45,600 nucleotides of DNA from Octopus bimaculoides (GCF_001194135.2 NC_068987.1:29074121-29119720), one strand, 5' to 3'. Numbered from the stretch's first letter, positions 11,237 through 24,061 are shown. The notes: generated by a model not told the origin, from the sequence alone. Numbers and translations: made by a program.

Positions 11237-12808
11237 TATATATGGATTATTGCTTTTCAACTTTACCGATCAACTTTTCAGGCTTAGAACATCAAACAGA
11301 TATTTTAGCCTTCCTTCAGTTACTACATAAAATAAAAGATCACCAATATATATGAGGCAAAAGAATATATGCTTTCGGTTAGCTGCAGGAATCCAGCAAT
11401 TTGTGCAGATTGATGAAAACAATAACTTTTAGTAATGAAAGTTAAAGCGAGGTAAGTAAGAAGCAACATGACATGAGGGCAACATTATAAAGAAAAATCC
11501 AATATCATCGTTGGGTCGTAAGGCGGTAGAAATATCGGTATTGATTTTTTCTATTACATTGAAATAGAAATTATTTTATGCTAACAAAAGATGCACTCTC
11601 GAACCATATTTAAATATTATTGAATATCATTTTGTTTTCGTCTTGGGATTCAGATATTTGATGGAATAAGATATATAATATATAAGATATATAGAGGCAT
11701 AAAATGAGGTAGGGTGCCTGAATGAGGGTTCACACATCGTGTGAATATAGGTACTAAAATAGTTGCATTGGTTTGGATTAAGTGAAAATATAAATAAAAG
11801 TGTGTATGTACATGAGCCTTCCCATTGCCTTATGAAGAGATGCATATTTGCATCCTAGTTTTATGTATTCACCTAGTCACAATATATGTTTATGAAACTG
11901 ACGTTAATTTAATCTTCTACTTCTGTACACTTACAAAAATCTGTTTCACGTTCAAGGAAGGGTAAATGTTTTACGTGTGTGAAAACTGAATTTTTATAAC
12001 TGAGAAACTGTAAAACATGAGCTCAAATCGCCAAAGATTTTCAACGTTGAAGCTATGCATTCTAGGTTCATGTATTGAAAATGATCATATCGCTGTATTT
12101 GAAAATTGATCCCATTTAAACGTTGATGAAAAGAAGCAAACATTTATTCAATATTAATAGACCTTGATATTAAATTCACTTTTTGAAGCAATTCAAATAG
12201 ATAGTTAACATAATAAATGATTCAATTTCACAATCATTATATTTATCAAATTAAAAACAAGTATATAAAGGATGTTTTCTACGTGCAAAATATTCTTAAT
12301 ATTAAGCGTTATTATGAAATATTACAAATCGTTTCCGGGTGACAATTTAACAATATAATTTAGCCCTTTTGTACAAGTTGGTGTGACAGTAAACGATTCC
12401 TTGCATTCATTAGTGATAATTGTATTAGTTTCTCCAATTAAGGTTTTCAAACACCATATAAATCACGAGAGAAATATATTTTCCATGACGCATGGAATAT
12501 ATAAACATATGTACATGTTTTTTGCGTGTTTTTGTGCATTATCATTGTATGGAGCATCGGGTTTAACATTAAAAAACAGTGTTTTCAAATGTCATAACAT
12601 TTCGGTTAATTTTCAATTTCTATGATGGTTTAACGGATAGCAAAACGTAAGTTTTAGAGCTGCAGCATCTCATCTGTGATCATGCGTTATATCTCTAAAG
12701 ACCAGCCTTCTATACATGTCTCTGCTTGTACAAAGATTATTTCACTATAGAAAGAAACAGGCTCTCATCACTTGAGCATGCAAGACTCACTATGATGATG
12801 ATGATGAT

Positions 12809-13936
12809 GATCCTTAAGTCGAAATTAAACGGATGAAATACGATTGGAGCTATCACCACCTGGGTGGTTTCACTCCTTAGATATGGAGCAGGGTTAATCG
12901 CATCGACAGTAGACGAGCTAAACAGCTTAGACAGAAAGACAAGAAAGTTACTGACTAGATACGGGATACAACACCCAAAACGTGATGTAGACAGACTGTA
13001 TGTATCAAGAAAAAGAGGGGGAAGAGGACTGATTTGATGCGAACATACTATTAGAGTAGACGAAAACAACATAGTAATGGTATGTAGAAACTTCCAAAGA
13101 ACCGCTATTATTGGAAGTAAGAAGTTCAGGCTTGTGTAGGAAGGAAGATTGCACAGATAAAGCACTGTACAAGGACTTCAGAATGAATGAAACTGAAAAT
13201 AGGTGGATAAAAGAATAATGCATTGACAATTTCATAGGGATGTTGAAGATAAAACAGACAGAGAAAAAAGATGGTTATGGATGACTAAAAGTAATTTAAA
13301 CCCGGAAACGGAGGCTCTAATCTGTACTGCCCAAGAGCAAGCATTAAGAAACAATTACACAAATACAGAATAGACAACATATTAGAAAGTCATGAGTGCA
13401 GAATTTATGGACAAAATGGTGAAACCGTATGGCATATTACCTGTCAATGTACACCAATAGCCCAGGAAGAATACAAGAGACGTCATGACAATATAGGAAG
13501 GATATTTCATGGGACACTTTGCAACAAATTTGGACTTGACAGAGCAAAAACTGGTACGAACATAAACCCGAAGGAATCATCGAAAATGATAATACAGAAT
13601 CCGATGGAATTTTATGATTCATTGCGAACATGAGATAGAGAATGGGAAACCAGACATGGTCTTAATTGAGAAAGAAAGCAAACTATACTGGATCATGCAT
13701 ACAGCATGCCCAGCTGACAACAAAGAAGATAAGGAAGAATTGTCGATAGATAAAACAGGTTAGCTTGGGAGGTTAAGCAGCTGTGGTCGCTTAAAAGGGT
13801 GGTAATAGTACCAATAAGTGTCGGAGCCCTGGGAAGAGTGAGTAAAAATCTTGTGAAGTACATGGGACAAATAGGGGTTGCAATAAGGATGGAGCACTTG
13901 CAGAAAACAGCACTGCTTGGAACCACTCTAATACTC
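12809..13936 (+). mobile_element. R4/Dong-clade 3' half: RT thumb, CCHC knuckle and restriction-like endonuclease (pseudogenised)
   Basis: ILKSKLNG*NTIGAITTWVVSLLRYGAG...DRKTRKLLTRYGIQHPKRDVDRLYVSRKRGGRGL; ETEALICTAQEQAL; ECRIYGQNGETVWHITCQC...EYKRRHDNI; KPDMVLIEKE; VIVPISVGALG...LQKTALLGTTLIL. Begins immediately after (ATG)n at 12792-12811. Confidence 0.92.
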
Positions 13937-14686
13937 CTGATTAATGTCCATTTCATGGACATAACCTTAGACCTCAGTACAAGAAAGCATTACCTGTACA
14001 GGAACGCTAACGAGGGTACAGTATAAATACATAATAGCACAAACCATGCCCCGATGTAATTAGAAACCTGGCTATCAAATCTCACGGCCAATATAGATAC
14101 CTTTATCAGGTCCGCCCCCACTACAACGATGCTTTGGCTAGGGGCGGGTTTACTGAGAAGCTCACGTATGTGGGAAAACCCGAAATTTACTCTCCTCACC
14201 CCAAAATGATTATATGCCATAACCCCCCATCCTTCAACCATGAAGTTTCCACTAACTTAGATAGGGACTACTTGCCGATAATTAATAAACACTTCCCCAG
14301 AGGCCATAAGTATTACAAACTCTTCAACTCCTATAAAGTCAATATGAGCTACCCATGCGTAGACAACATTGCATCTAACATCGCAGGCATCGACAGACGT
14401 ACAAATGCACCCACACCACTCCAACTCCAACAGACAAAATGGCTGATCGATAGTAAGGAAAGACACACAAATAAGAACGAAGAAAGTAAAGGACCACTGA
14501 TGAGGTCAGAGAAATGTGACGAAATAACTCTGGCCGAAATATGATTAATGTAAAAAAAAATATAAAGCTGAAGCAAATTAACACCAAATATATAGTGCGT
14601 GTGTTTTTATTGGCTAAGCTGGCAACATGACCATCCCCAAATGCAAAATATCTGCTTCAACACATGATTTCACATCAAGAATCTTG
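13937..14686 (+). mobile_element. Penelope-like element, 5'-truncated (RT end, thumb/linker, 3' terminal region)
   Basis: INVHFMDITLDLSTRKHYLYRNANEGTV (cf. VNFLDVTLDLxxxxYxPYRKPN); ICHNPPSFNHEVSTNLDRDYLPIINKHFPRGHKYYKLFNSYKVNMSYPCVDNI (cf. WFNPPF...KHFP..H...KIFN...VK.SYSC..N). A hammerhead-like core lies downstream. Confidence 0.85.
14491..14540 (+). ncRNA. Candidate type I hammerhead ribozyme in Penelope terminal region
   Basis: GGACCA-CTGATGA-G-GTCA-gagaaatg-TGAC-GAAA-taac-TC-TGGCC: intact cores, a 4-bp stem II and a 5-bp stem I with one bulge; stem III is imperfect. An alternative 8-bp stem II (GGTCAGAG/CTCTGGCC) uses GAAA at 14536-14539. Confidence 0.55.
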
Positions 14687-15619
14687 NNNNNNNNNNNNNN
14701 NNNNNNNNNNNNNNNNNNNNNNNNNNNNNNNNNNNNNNNNNNNNNNNNNNNNNNNNNNTTATATATGCGTGCGCGCGTGTGAGTGTGCATCAGAACATAA
14801 AGTATATATTCATGCAGGAATAAATATGCATATAATTCAGTGGAGTCATCTCCAAGGATAGTTAAGTCAATATTAGCATATTTATTAAAATAAGTATTAA
14901 AAAGCAGGTGTGAGCCCTAGAAACGTCGAAGATTTGGGGTGCAGACATTCAAATGAAATTATCAGATGGAAGTTTGTTTTGGACGATAATATAAGTTTGC
15001 CTGGATCTCGAATTTAAGATGCTTGCAAAGAATTATTCAATGAAAATAAATCACATATAGTTGTTGGTCATTTAATATTCTTTGAACATTTCCCCAGACA
15101 ATATTTTGCTATTTAATTCTTGCTTGACCTCTACTCCTACAATACTGATCTTTGGTCAAACGTTTTTCATCTAGCAAAAACCGGCTTATATTAAACGTAG
15201 TATATCAAGGACTATATTATCAAATATCTTAATTAGTTAGAGATTTGAGAGGGTTGTGTCTGCTATGCTGTTTCTTGCATTTTGGACCACTACGTATCAG
15301 ATCTTCCGTATCTTAAGCGTATCAAATATATTCTTGGTTCCTATAACAAAATCAGAATAGGTAGCTAATAGTCTAATGCATTCAAACTTATGATCGTCTG
15401 CATTCAACGTCAGGCTGAATAGAGATGGAGAGTAACTGCTGAATGATTTAAATGAGACACGTATATATTTCTGACATCGAATGGATGTCATCTCAGATCA
15501 GGAATGACTATTTGAAATTTTCATATGTTGGAACTTTTAGCAGGAGTCACTAAATTAAGCCTCTATTTATTTTCTGTTCAATTGGAAGATGGTGACAGCT
15601 ATAAAAATACGAAGAAAGA

Positions 15620-15830
15620 GATGACATATCTGTTGTTGCTTAACACTAGAGCAACTCTGATCGAGCAGACATGTTTTCGACGAGTTTGCCACTGAAATCA
15701 TCTCACTATGTTTACATCTATGACTATATTATACAATAATCTTACCCTTTTAAAGATTGTAAAGTTGCTTTGAAGGAGATACGGTTGTTATTTCTAGCAA
15801 GGCAACCAACCGTGTTAGCGTGTCCTTTAC
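15620..15830 (-). mobile_element. Probable degenerate SINE
   Basis: CTGTTGTTGCTTAAC...CTGATCGAGCAGAC and GGTTGTTATTTCTAGCAAGG resemble the ends of the minus-strand SINEs at 34820 and 38805. Confidence 0.45.
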
Positions 15831-15974
15831 AGTGTTAACTGATGGTGTTTTATCCAGTATTCATGAATAAGACTGAAAGCGATTTAGACAGAGGCAGTAA
15901 AGATATTTTACATTAATTATACGCGAACACAGAACAATCTTGCCTATTTCAATCTTGGAACGACGGATAAACTT

Positions 15975-16340
15975 CCATATTACAGTGATGTAAAACCCGG
16001 TGTTGCATGAAATTTCCTCTCCCGCATCAACAGACATTTACAGATCGGCTACAAATTCCGTCAGCTGTTCAATCATTACAACATAAAGATGAGTTGCAGC
16101 TGCATTAATAACATTTCTTGTGTCATCTAAAGTAAAATTGTCAAATTATTCTGACTAAATCAAGAGCAGAAGGAAGTGATATGCAACTGGCGTAATATGG
16201 ATGTGCGTCCAATGTAAACGCTCACAAAATTAGTGCTGTATATCTTATTGTTGTTTGTGAAACAATAATTTAACTAGCTATATCGGATTCACAGAGGTAT
16301 TACTCAAATGTTAACTGCACCAGCATAAATGTTCATACGA
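15975..16340 (+). mobile_element. Second Penelope-like remnant: linker plus GIY-YIG endonuclease N-terminus
   Basis: YSDVKPGVA*NFLSRINRHLQIGYKFRQLFNHYNIKMSCSCINNI aligns with the 14134 ORF. It is followed by ICNWRNMDVRPM*TLTKLVLY (cf. CNCR...CP..G.CL...VIY) and SYIGFTEVLLKC*LHQHK (cf. YIGxTExxFKxRxxxHK). Confidence 0.75.
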
Positions 16341-16596
16341 TCAGAGGTGATCGGAGAAGATCCTTTTAGAATTTAATATAAATTTGATTTCGGTTTAAAT
16401 TTGATGCTGAAGACTAATAAGATGTCATCTGCCTCCAACGTCATGTGACTCGAAATTTGTAGAATTGAACCATAAAAAGAAAATAAGCAAAATTTACCCC
16501 GTGTTGCCGAATGAAATCATCCAGATATCTCAGTGACAATGCAGCTTCTCAGCTACCGATGAACTAAAAGAGAATTACTTATTTCACAACACTTAA

Positions 16597-16661
<65 letters not shown>

Positions 16662-16930
16662 AAGTATGACACGTGTGAGATTATGAAACGGAGTGAAGAT
16701 AAATAATACGTGCGAAATAGAGAGCAAAAAGCGTAGAGAAGGGGGTAAAAACAACAAACAAATGTACAATCTAATTAGATATGGTAATGGACGAAAAAGA
16801 ATTTAACGCTCAGGAGGAAACTCTTTATGGAAAAATAAAATAAAATAAAATTAAATTAAAAGTATTCAGGAAAATAAATACATACATACATACATACATA
16901 CGTATATGCATGCACGTGTGTGTATGCGTC

Positions 16931-16976
<46 letters not shown>

Positions 16977-19900
16977 TATATATATATATATAATATATAT
17001 AGTTTTAGGTAAAATAACCAAGTTTCAAGAACTCATCGATGAAAATCCAGTATCACATATAGAAAAATTAATAATTAAAAGCACAATAAATGAGTATAAT
17101 ATAAAGTAATGTAAATATCATAAGATAAATATATATATTATATTTATCTTATGATATTTACATTACTTTATATTATACTCATTTNNNNNNNNNNNNNNNN
17201 NNNNNNNNNNNNNNNNNNNNNNNNNNNNNNNNNNNNNNNNNNNNNNNNNNNNNNNNNNNNNNNNNNNNNNNNNNNNNNNNNNNNNNNNNNNNNNNNNNNN
17301 NNNNNNNNNNNNNNNNNNNNNNNNNNNNNNNNNNNNNNNNNNNNNNNNNNNNNNNNNNNNNNNNNNNNNNNNNNNNNNNNNNNNNNNNNNNNNNNNNNNN
17401 NNNNNNNNNNNNNNNNNNNNNNNNNNNNNNNNNNNNNNNNNNNNNNNNNNNNNNNNNNNNNNNNNNNNNNNNNNNNNNNNNNNNNNNNNNNNNNNNNNNN
17501 NNNNNNNNNNNNNNNNNNNNNNNNNNNNNNNNNNNNNNNNNNNNNNNNNNNNNNNNNNNNNNNNNNNNNNNNNNNNNNNNNNNNNNNNNNNNNNNNNNNN
17601 NNNNNNNNNNNNNNNNNNNNNNNNNNNNNNNNNNNNNNNNNNNNNNNNNNNNNNNNNNNNNNNNNNNNNNNNNNNNNNNNNNNNNNNNNNNNNNNNNNNN
17701 NNNNNNNNNNNNNNNNNNNNNNNNNNNNNNNNNNNNNNNNNNNNNNNNNNNNNNNNNNNNNNNNNNNNNNNNNNNNNNNNNNNNNNNNNNNNNNNNNNNN
17801 NNNNNNNNNNNNNNNNNNNNNNNNNNNNNNNNNNNNNNNNNNNNNNNNNNNNNNNNNNNNNNNNNNNNNNNNNNNNNNNNNNNNNNNNNNNNNNNNNNNN
17901 NNNNNNNNNNNNNNNNNNNNNNNNNNNNNNNNNNNNNNNNNNNNNNNNNNNNNNNNNNNNNNNNNNNNNNNNNNNNNNNNNNNNNNNNNNNNNNNNNNNN
18001 NNNNNNNNNNNNNNNNNNNNNNNNNNNNNNNNNNNNNNNNNNNNNNNNNNNNNNNNNNNNNNNNNNNNNNNNNNNNNNNNNNNNNNNNNNNNNNNNNNNN
18101 NNNNNNNNNNACAGCCACTCCTACGCCTATATTCCTAAAAATTCGTTTGATATGGTGAATGTGAATAAGAGTGAGTGTTGAAATATAAACAATAAAATAT
18201 ACATCTCTACTCCTTGCAATTATTAGCTTCTTACAGTAACAAACAAGGTAGTTAAAGTGGTAAAAGTCACAGCTAAAACAAGTATGAATCTAATTTTTAC
18301 CACAAGAGTTTCTGCATTGCATCATGATAGAACTGACATAGCAAGCAAATTTGCTTCAAATTATAGCTAATTTCTTTGAAATATACAATAAACATTGATT
18401 AATGTGTTCGAAATTCACTGCTGTTGAGTATTAGAACGCAGTCAATGTTTAGTACCTAAGATGCTTGCTTGTCAATACGGAAGATCTAACTGCAACCCTA
18501 ATGCTCAGAATGCTGTGGAACTCTACTTTTCTGGTAACTCACACCGTCCCATGCCTTGTAAATGCAATCGTATAGATAAAGTTGTACAGAATACCAGTGT
18601 CCAGTTTTATGACATATTTCAATGATTGTCACACATCGCAATTGTTTGCTCAAGAATTACAAGTGCCAAATTTACCTTCATCTAACAGGTAGATAATCCA
18701 ATTAATCGGACATGATAATATTTGGAACATTCCTGTATGAAAGAATATTTACAGCTGGGCTTCTTTTCATCATATGATCCATTGGTCAGGATAGTATCTA
18801 CGTTAAACTACTACAAAGAGCCCACTGCCACAACATATGGCATATAATCCTACGCAATGCCTTTTTGTAAGCAATATATGTTATTAATAGTATACAATGT
18901 CATACACGAAGAAATATGCAGTTCCTAGAAAACAAGTGCTTGAATTCATCAAACCTCAAGATTAGGGTATCTCTCTCTTCCTCGCCCCCCCCTCTCTCTC
19001 TCTCAGAAATTGGCTGCTATTTCACCCAGAGAATGTTGGTCTCCGATGGGTTTATATGCATAACAAATCGCATGTCACAAGTGCATCTATCAAGCGTTGG
19101 CTGTGCAATGCAATGTTCAGATTGTATTAAATAGATTGACTCTAATTCAATAGCAGTGAAATCCAATAAGATAATATAGTTGTTACTACTTATAAAATAT
19201 AAGTTCGGAACTAAAAACTATTCAGAGACAAGAAAATCTAGCTGAATATTAAAATCAAATGAATAAATAAAACGTATGACCTGAAAATTAGTGTAGAATT
19301 GTCCCTTTACGGAATATTTTCGTTCTTTTGGATTTTTTTATTATGAATGTTTTTTATAACTGAAAGCTACACTCACTCGAGGGTACCTTTACACTAGATT
19401 AGATGGTGCTAACGAGAGTTCGAAAAATTGTGTAATACATATGACAGGATAACTTATATATTAAACATGCTTTAAAACTAAAAAAAGAAATACTAATGAA
19501 AAGTCATTTATCTTTTCAAAACTTTAGAATATGTAACTTCTCGAGTAATATTCGAAATGAACAATAAAAAAACTGCGAAGAAGAATGAGATACAAGCAAT
19601 AAGAAAATGTAATATACTTGTAATATACGTAAAAGCATGCATAAATATTGTATATTTATAGTTAGAAGCATGATTTTCTCCATCTGCACTATTCTGATAC
19701 TTCTGCGTAAATATGTTTTATAATACTGATTATTTGAAACCACGTTACAGAAAACTTATCATTAAAGTTTGACTGAAATTTTAAATGAAAGGCATACTAA
19801 TCATAGATCTATGTCTCAGGTGATAACAAAATGAATACTATCTCAAAAATCCGAAAATCAGTTGGCATTGCAGAAGGAATGCCTCTAGGAATATCAAGCG

Positions 19901-20981
19901 ATGAGCAACATTTAAAACCTCTACATATATTTTGCAACAAGATACTACAACGTACAAAGAAATTATGTTGATATGAAACATGATTATCTTAAAATATAAG
20001 AAATACTTATTAAATTCAAAAATTAATAATGTGTTTGACTTATGCTGTAAATTTATGGACTGTAGTGACTGATACAGTCTCATGGCAAAATTCACAAGGA
20101 AACGACAATGTTCTTTCACCATGCAAAAGGAAAGTGCATAGCACTCAGTTTCGTCAAAATTATAAAGTAGTTAATTTTACTATGCAAATGCTACATCTTA
20201 ATGATAATAAGAGCAAAATTTATATCTCAGGAAAACCATGTTAATGATCCGAATTCCATTTGTGTGTAACTGTTCCTTTCTGATAATTATAACTGTTGTA
20301 AAAATACTGCCATCACAACCTCAGTCCTATTTCCTTCGGTTAATAAGTCTAATTATTTGATCAGTTTAATTAGTGACTACGAGCAATTAATTATATTTTG
20401 TAAATATCAATATTTGGGATCCGAGGAAATTTCAAGTTTTATAATTTTTGTATTTTATTTTGATGCACACATTTATATATCGTCATATATTAAAGATTTT
20501 TTATGAAAATGAACGCGACCGCAAATTAATGTTATTGAAAACCTAGGCGTTAGATCACTTCCAGAGTTAGTAAAAATGTATTAAATATTAAGCAAAGCTC
20601 CTTGTGGCTTCTCTCACTGACTGCTGTAACCTCTCTACTTTACTTGCAATTGTTCGATCATCCCGTGCTCTTTCACTCTCTTACCGGTCTGACGACAACA
20701 GTGTGTGAGAATAACAATCGAGGTCAAGTTGGGGTTATTTCCCTTTGAGTGCATAGTGTAACACGCCGACGAATATAGATTATTTAAATATTTAATCTGC
20801 TTTTCATATGGTATTACGTTTTGCCTGTCCAACTTATTGTATATGCACACCTCAGCATGTTATGTTCTACTAATTTTTTTTATAAACCTTTTGTATTTTT
20901 GGTACTATGCACATATAGCCAGGAATTAATATTATTAGCATTGCTATTAATTAATATTATAAAATTATTTCCATAGTGCTT

Positions 20982-21083
20982 TTTCAGATTTTTGTGCTTA
21001 GATATATGAAGGGTGTTTCAGTTGTTTGTGCTTAGATATATGAAGGGTTTTTCAGTTTTTTGTGCTTAGATATACGATGGGTT
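20982..21083. repeat. 3 x 34-bp tandem repeat
   Basis: Unit TTTCAGxTxTTTGTGCTTAGATATAxGAxGGG starts at 20982, 21016 and 21050. Confidence 0.95.
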
Positions 21084-21698
21084 TTTTTTCCCCTGATATA
21101 TTCAGAATATTTTGTGTAATATATGTGCAGTGGTTAATTGTTCTATTTTCTGTATATCCTGCATAATTGTACATCCTGTTTGCATATTTGTATAAATATT
21201 TTGTGTAATTGCTAAGGCACCAATTATTATTGTGATTTCCCTGTGCTCACTCTCCAGAGTTTGGTAACCACCGCTTGTTTCACAAATAAATTATAGTATG
21301 CTGTGAAGTATACTTCTGTTAGCAACTAATTTTGTTATCAGTATTTCTTAACATACTGTCTGAGTAATTATCCTCAATCTTGTTCGTGAGGTTTTACCTG
21401 TCCTGGATTGTGGTAAATGTAACATTCCCTAAAATAATATTTTTGTGTGTGTACCACATATTATCCGTTAGTATATTATAATGCTGCTATTTTGAATGTT
21501 CCAACTGCCCCATGTCTATAGATTTATGCACTCTTTGTCAGCTGGAGATAATAGTTAATAGCTTATTTTCTCTGTCCACATATTTTCCTGCATTTAGTTG
21601 TTTCTACAGGGAAAAATTTGAGTCTTTGTTACAGTCTTGTATGCTTCAGTCTCAATATTGAGCCCTGCGTTTTCAAACCAGAGTTGCTGTTATATTTT

Positions 21699-21770
21699 CT
21701 GTATATAAACAACATTTTCTTCTTTTATATAAACATTATTTTCTTCTTGTATATAAACAATATTTTCTTC
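21699..21770. repeat. 3 x 24-bp tandem repeat
   Basis: CTGTATATAAACAACATTTTCTTC / TTTTATATAAACATTATTTTCTTC / TTGTATATAAACAATATTTTCTTC. Confidence 0.92.
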
Positions 21771-22815
21771 GTACATGAAGGCCTTTTCTTACAAACACTG
21801 TAAGTTGTCATTCTCTAGTGCCATTTTAGATTATTTCTTAGACTTCTCGTAATTTCTACTCTTGTTTCCCGTCTTTCGTTAAAACTATCTGTCACATCAA
21901 CAAATTTATTTGCTTCCTACTTCGTGTTTGTACTTGTATTAGTATTTCCATCATTCTTTACAAGATGTGTTTTATTTCTACTGTGGTGTTTTATAATAGT
22001 TTTCTATTTTCGCGAAACCTTAACTCTTTCCATGTTTTGCATTGCGAATTTTTAAAATCTATATTGAAGATCAATTCCGCTTGTTATATCATATAATGTT
22101 TGCATTGTATTTGGTGTTCTTTATCATCTGTATTGTACAACTTAAAGTCAGCCATAACTAAGATACGATCGTGTTGGCTATCATAACATTTGTGGGCAGG
22201 TTTAACATATTAACGTCGATTAACATATTGGTTGAAGGTGTAAGCACCAAACAATAAAGCGACATAGAGAGGCAGAAGTCCTTTTGAATTCTATATTCTG
22301 ACGTAGGGTGTATAGATTACATAATACCAGCAATTATATGTTTCCCGTATGTTTAATGCATCTGCCTCCTACGTGTAACCTTATTAATGGCCAATGTTTA
22401 CAGGCTATTCGTGATAAAGATGCAGTCTAAATCGTTCTACTAGTCATTCGTTATTATTTCTCATGCTTATAATCATCATATATGTCTGCTGACAAGCAAC
22501 GTAGCATGATAACCACATTAGCCTCTGCAGCATCTCTTCTAATCAGAAGAATGTCCTTTGATTCTTTTTGTCGTTTCCAAATGTTTGTGCTCTGCAATAT
22601 TATTGCAAATAATGACTTGTAAGGTGGAGGAAGATAGGTGATTAGTTTTTAGGGTTTACCGATTTGCGGTGGACATATGTTTGTAGCTGTTAGCCACTTC
22701 TTGTATTGATACAGGATCGTATGGTCTGTGTTTTGATCATTCCTCTTTATTGTGATTCGTTTACTGCTCGTACACCTTCCACAAATTCTTCTCTTTCACT
22801 TGCTGTTGATTTCTA

Positions 22816-24061
22816 ACAGGTCATTAAGAATGAAATGTCCGATTTTGAACTAAAAATTTATTTTACCTTATCTCAACAAAAATCAATGTAGTAAATCAAA
22901 CTATGCACCTAAATTATTAGCACAAGTTTGCCATTTTATTGGTAGTTTATCTATGCCGGCAGCGAATAATTCTGTATAAAAAGAGGTGATGAAATCACGA
23001 AAAGTTGTTTTTGCATCTTATTCTAATGCCTGGAAAACGTGATGGTCAATTGGTGCAAGGTCTAGTGAATATGGTAGATGACAGTACTTCCAAGTTCAAT
23101 TCTTGTAACTTGAGTAGCGGTCTTTCGGCATCATATCGTCCAGCATTTTCTTCCAAAAGAATTGGCCTGTTTCTATTGATCGAACACGGTTGTTAAATGT
23201 TAGTTCACTCGTCATCTCATTCGATTCGTTGTTGTATACATCCGCTGTAATTGACTTATCATGTCTCATGAAACAGTAGTGGATGACACAAGCGCTGGAC
23301 CTCCAAACTAACATTATTAGCATTTTGTGGTGAATATTCTTTTTTGGATTGTGTTTGGGCACTTCGTCTCTATCCGACCACCGTGCAGAACGCTTGCTAT
23401 TGTTGAAAAGAATCTATTTTTCCTCACACGTAACAGTACTATGCAAAAATGGTTCGCTTTTATGGCACGACTGCAAAGAACAGCAAGTTTCAAGACGACG
23501 TGCCATTTGTTGCTCGTTCAGTTCGTGTGGTGCCCACTTGTCCAGTTTCTTTACCTTGTCGATCTGTTTCAGATGATCCAATACAGTTGGAATCGAAACA
23601 TCAAACCTTCCTACTAACTCACGCGTAGATTGAGCTGTATATGCTTCCACTACAGTTTCCTACTTATCATTATCCACCTTGGTCTCAGGTCTATCACAGG
23701 GCTGATTTTCAAGAATGAAATCACCAGACTGGAACATCTCAGGCCATCGACATACAGTGCGCTCATTTGCCACATCTTCACCAAACACCTCATTGATGTT
23801 TTGAGCTGTCTGGGATGCATTGGTTCCACAACGGAACTCATATTCATAAACAACACGAATGTTTTATCTACCCCTGGGTTCACAAAAATTGATTTATTAG
23901 AGAAAATTCACAATATAATCATACACCATTAATTGCATTTCGAAAAGCGATGATGTAGCTTTTCAATGTTGTAAAGCAAAGAATTGTCTGGATAAAGCAG
24001 TGTTATAGACTGTCAAACTTGGTGCATAAAACAATCGGATATTTCATTCTTAACGTCCTGA
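22816..24061 (-). mobile_element. Full-length defective mariner DNA transposon (1246 bp)
   Basis: 29-bp TIRs: ACAGGTCATTAAGAATGAAATGTCCGATT (22816-22844) and the reverse complement of 24033-24061 match at 25/29 positions, with TA on both flanks. Transposase remnants include KWAPHEL (WVPHEL), TVTCEEK (VTxDEKW) and HLPYSLDLAP (YSPDLAP), with stops and frameshifts. Confidence 0.93.

Noticed and set aside
16407-16460. CTGAAGA...GACTCGAAA after the GIY-YIG remnant
   Set aside because: The position suits a hammerhead, but I cannot build stem II or stem I.
18300-18850. Possible decayed coding sequence (LSCPINWIIYLL, GIY-YIG-like) on the minus strand
   Set aside because: A single weak motif with no YIG signature.
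19375-19480. Strong minus-strand acceptor/donor pair
   Set aside because: Stops in all three frames.
19830-20240. Cys-rich FDLCCK...PCKRKV, reminiscent of some DNA transposon proteins
   Set aside because: The pieces are in different frames, with no TIRs or catalytic motif.
20982-21770. CRISPR-like array
   Set aside because: The repeats are contiguous without spacers, the context is eukaryotic and there are no cas genes.
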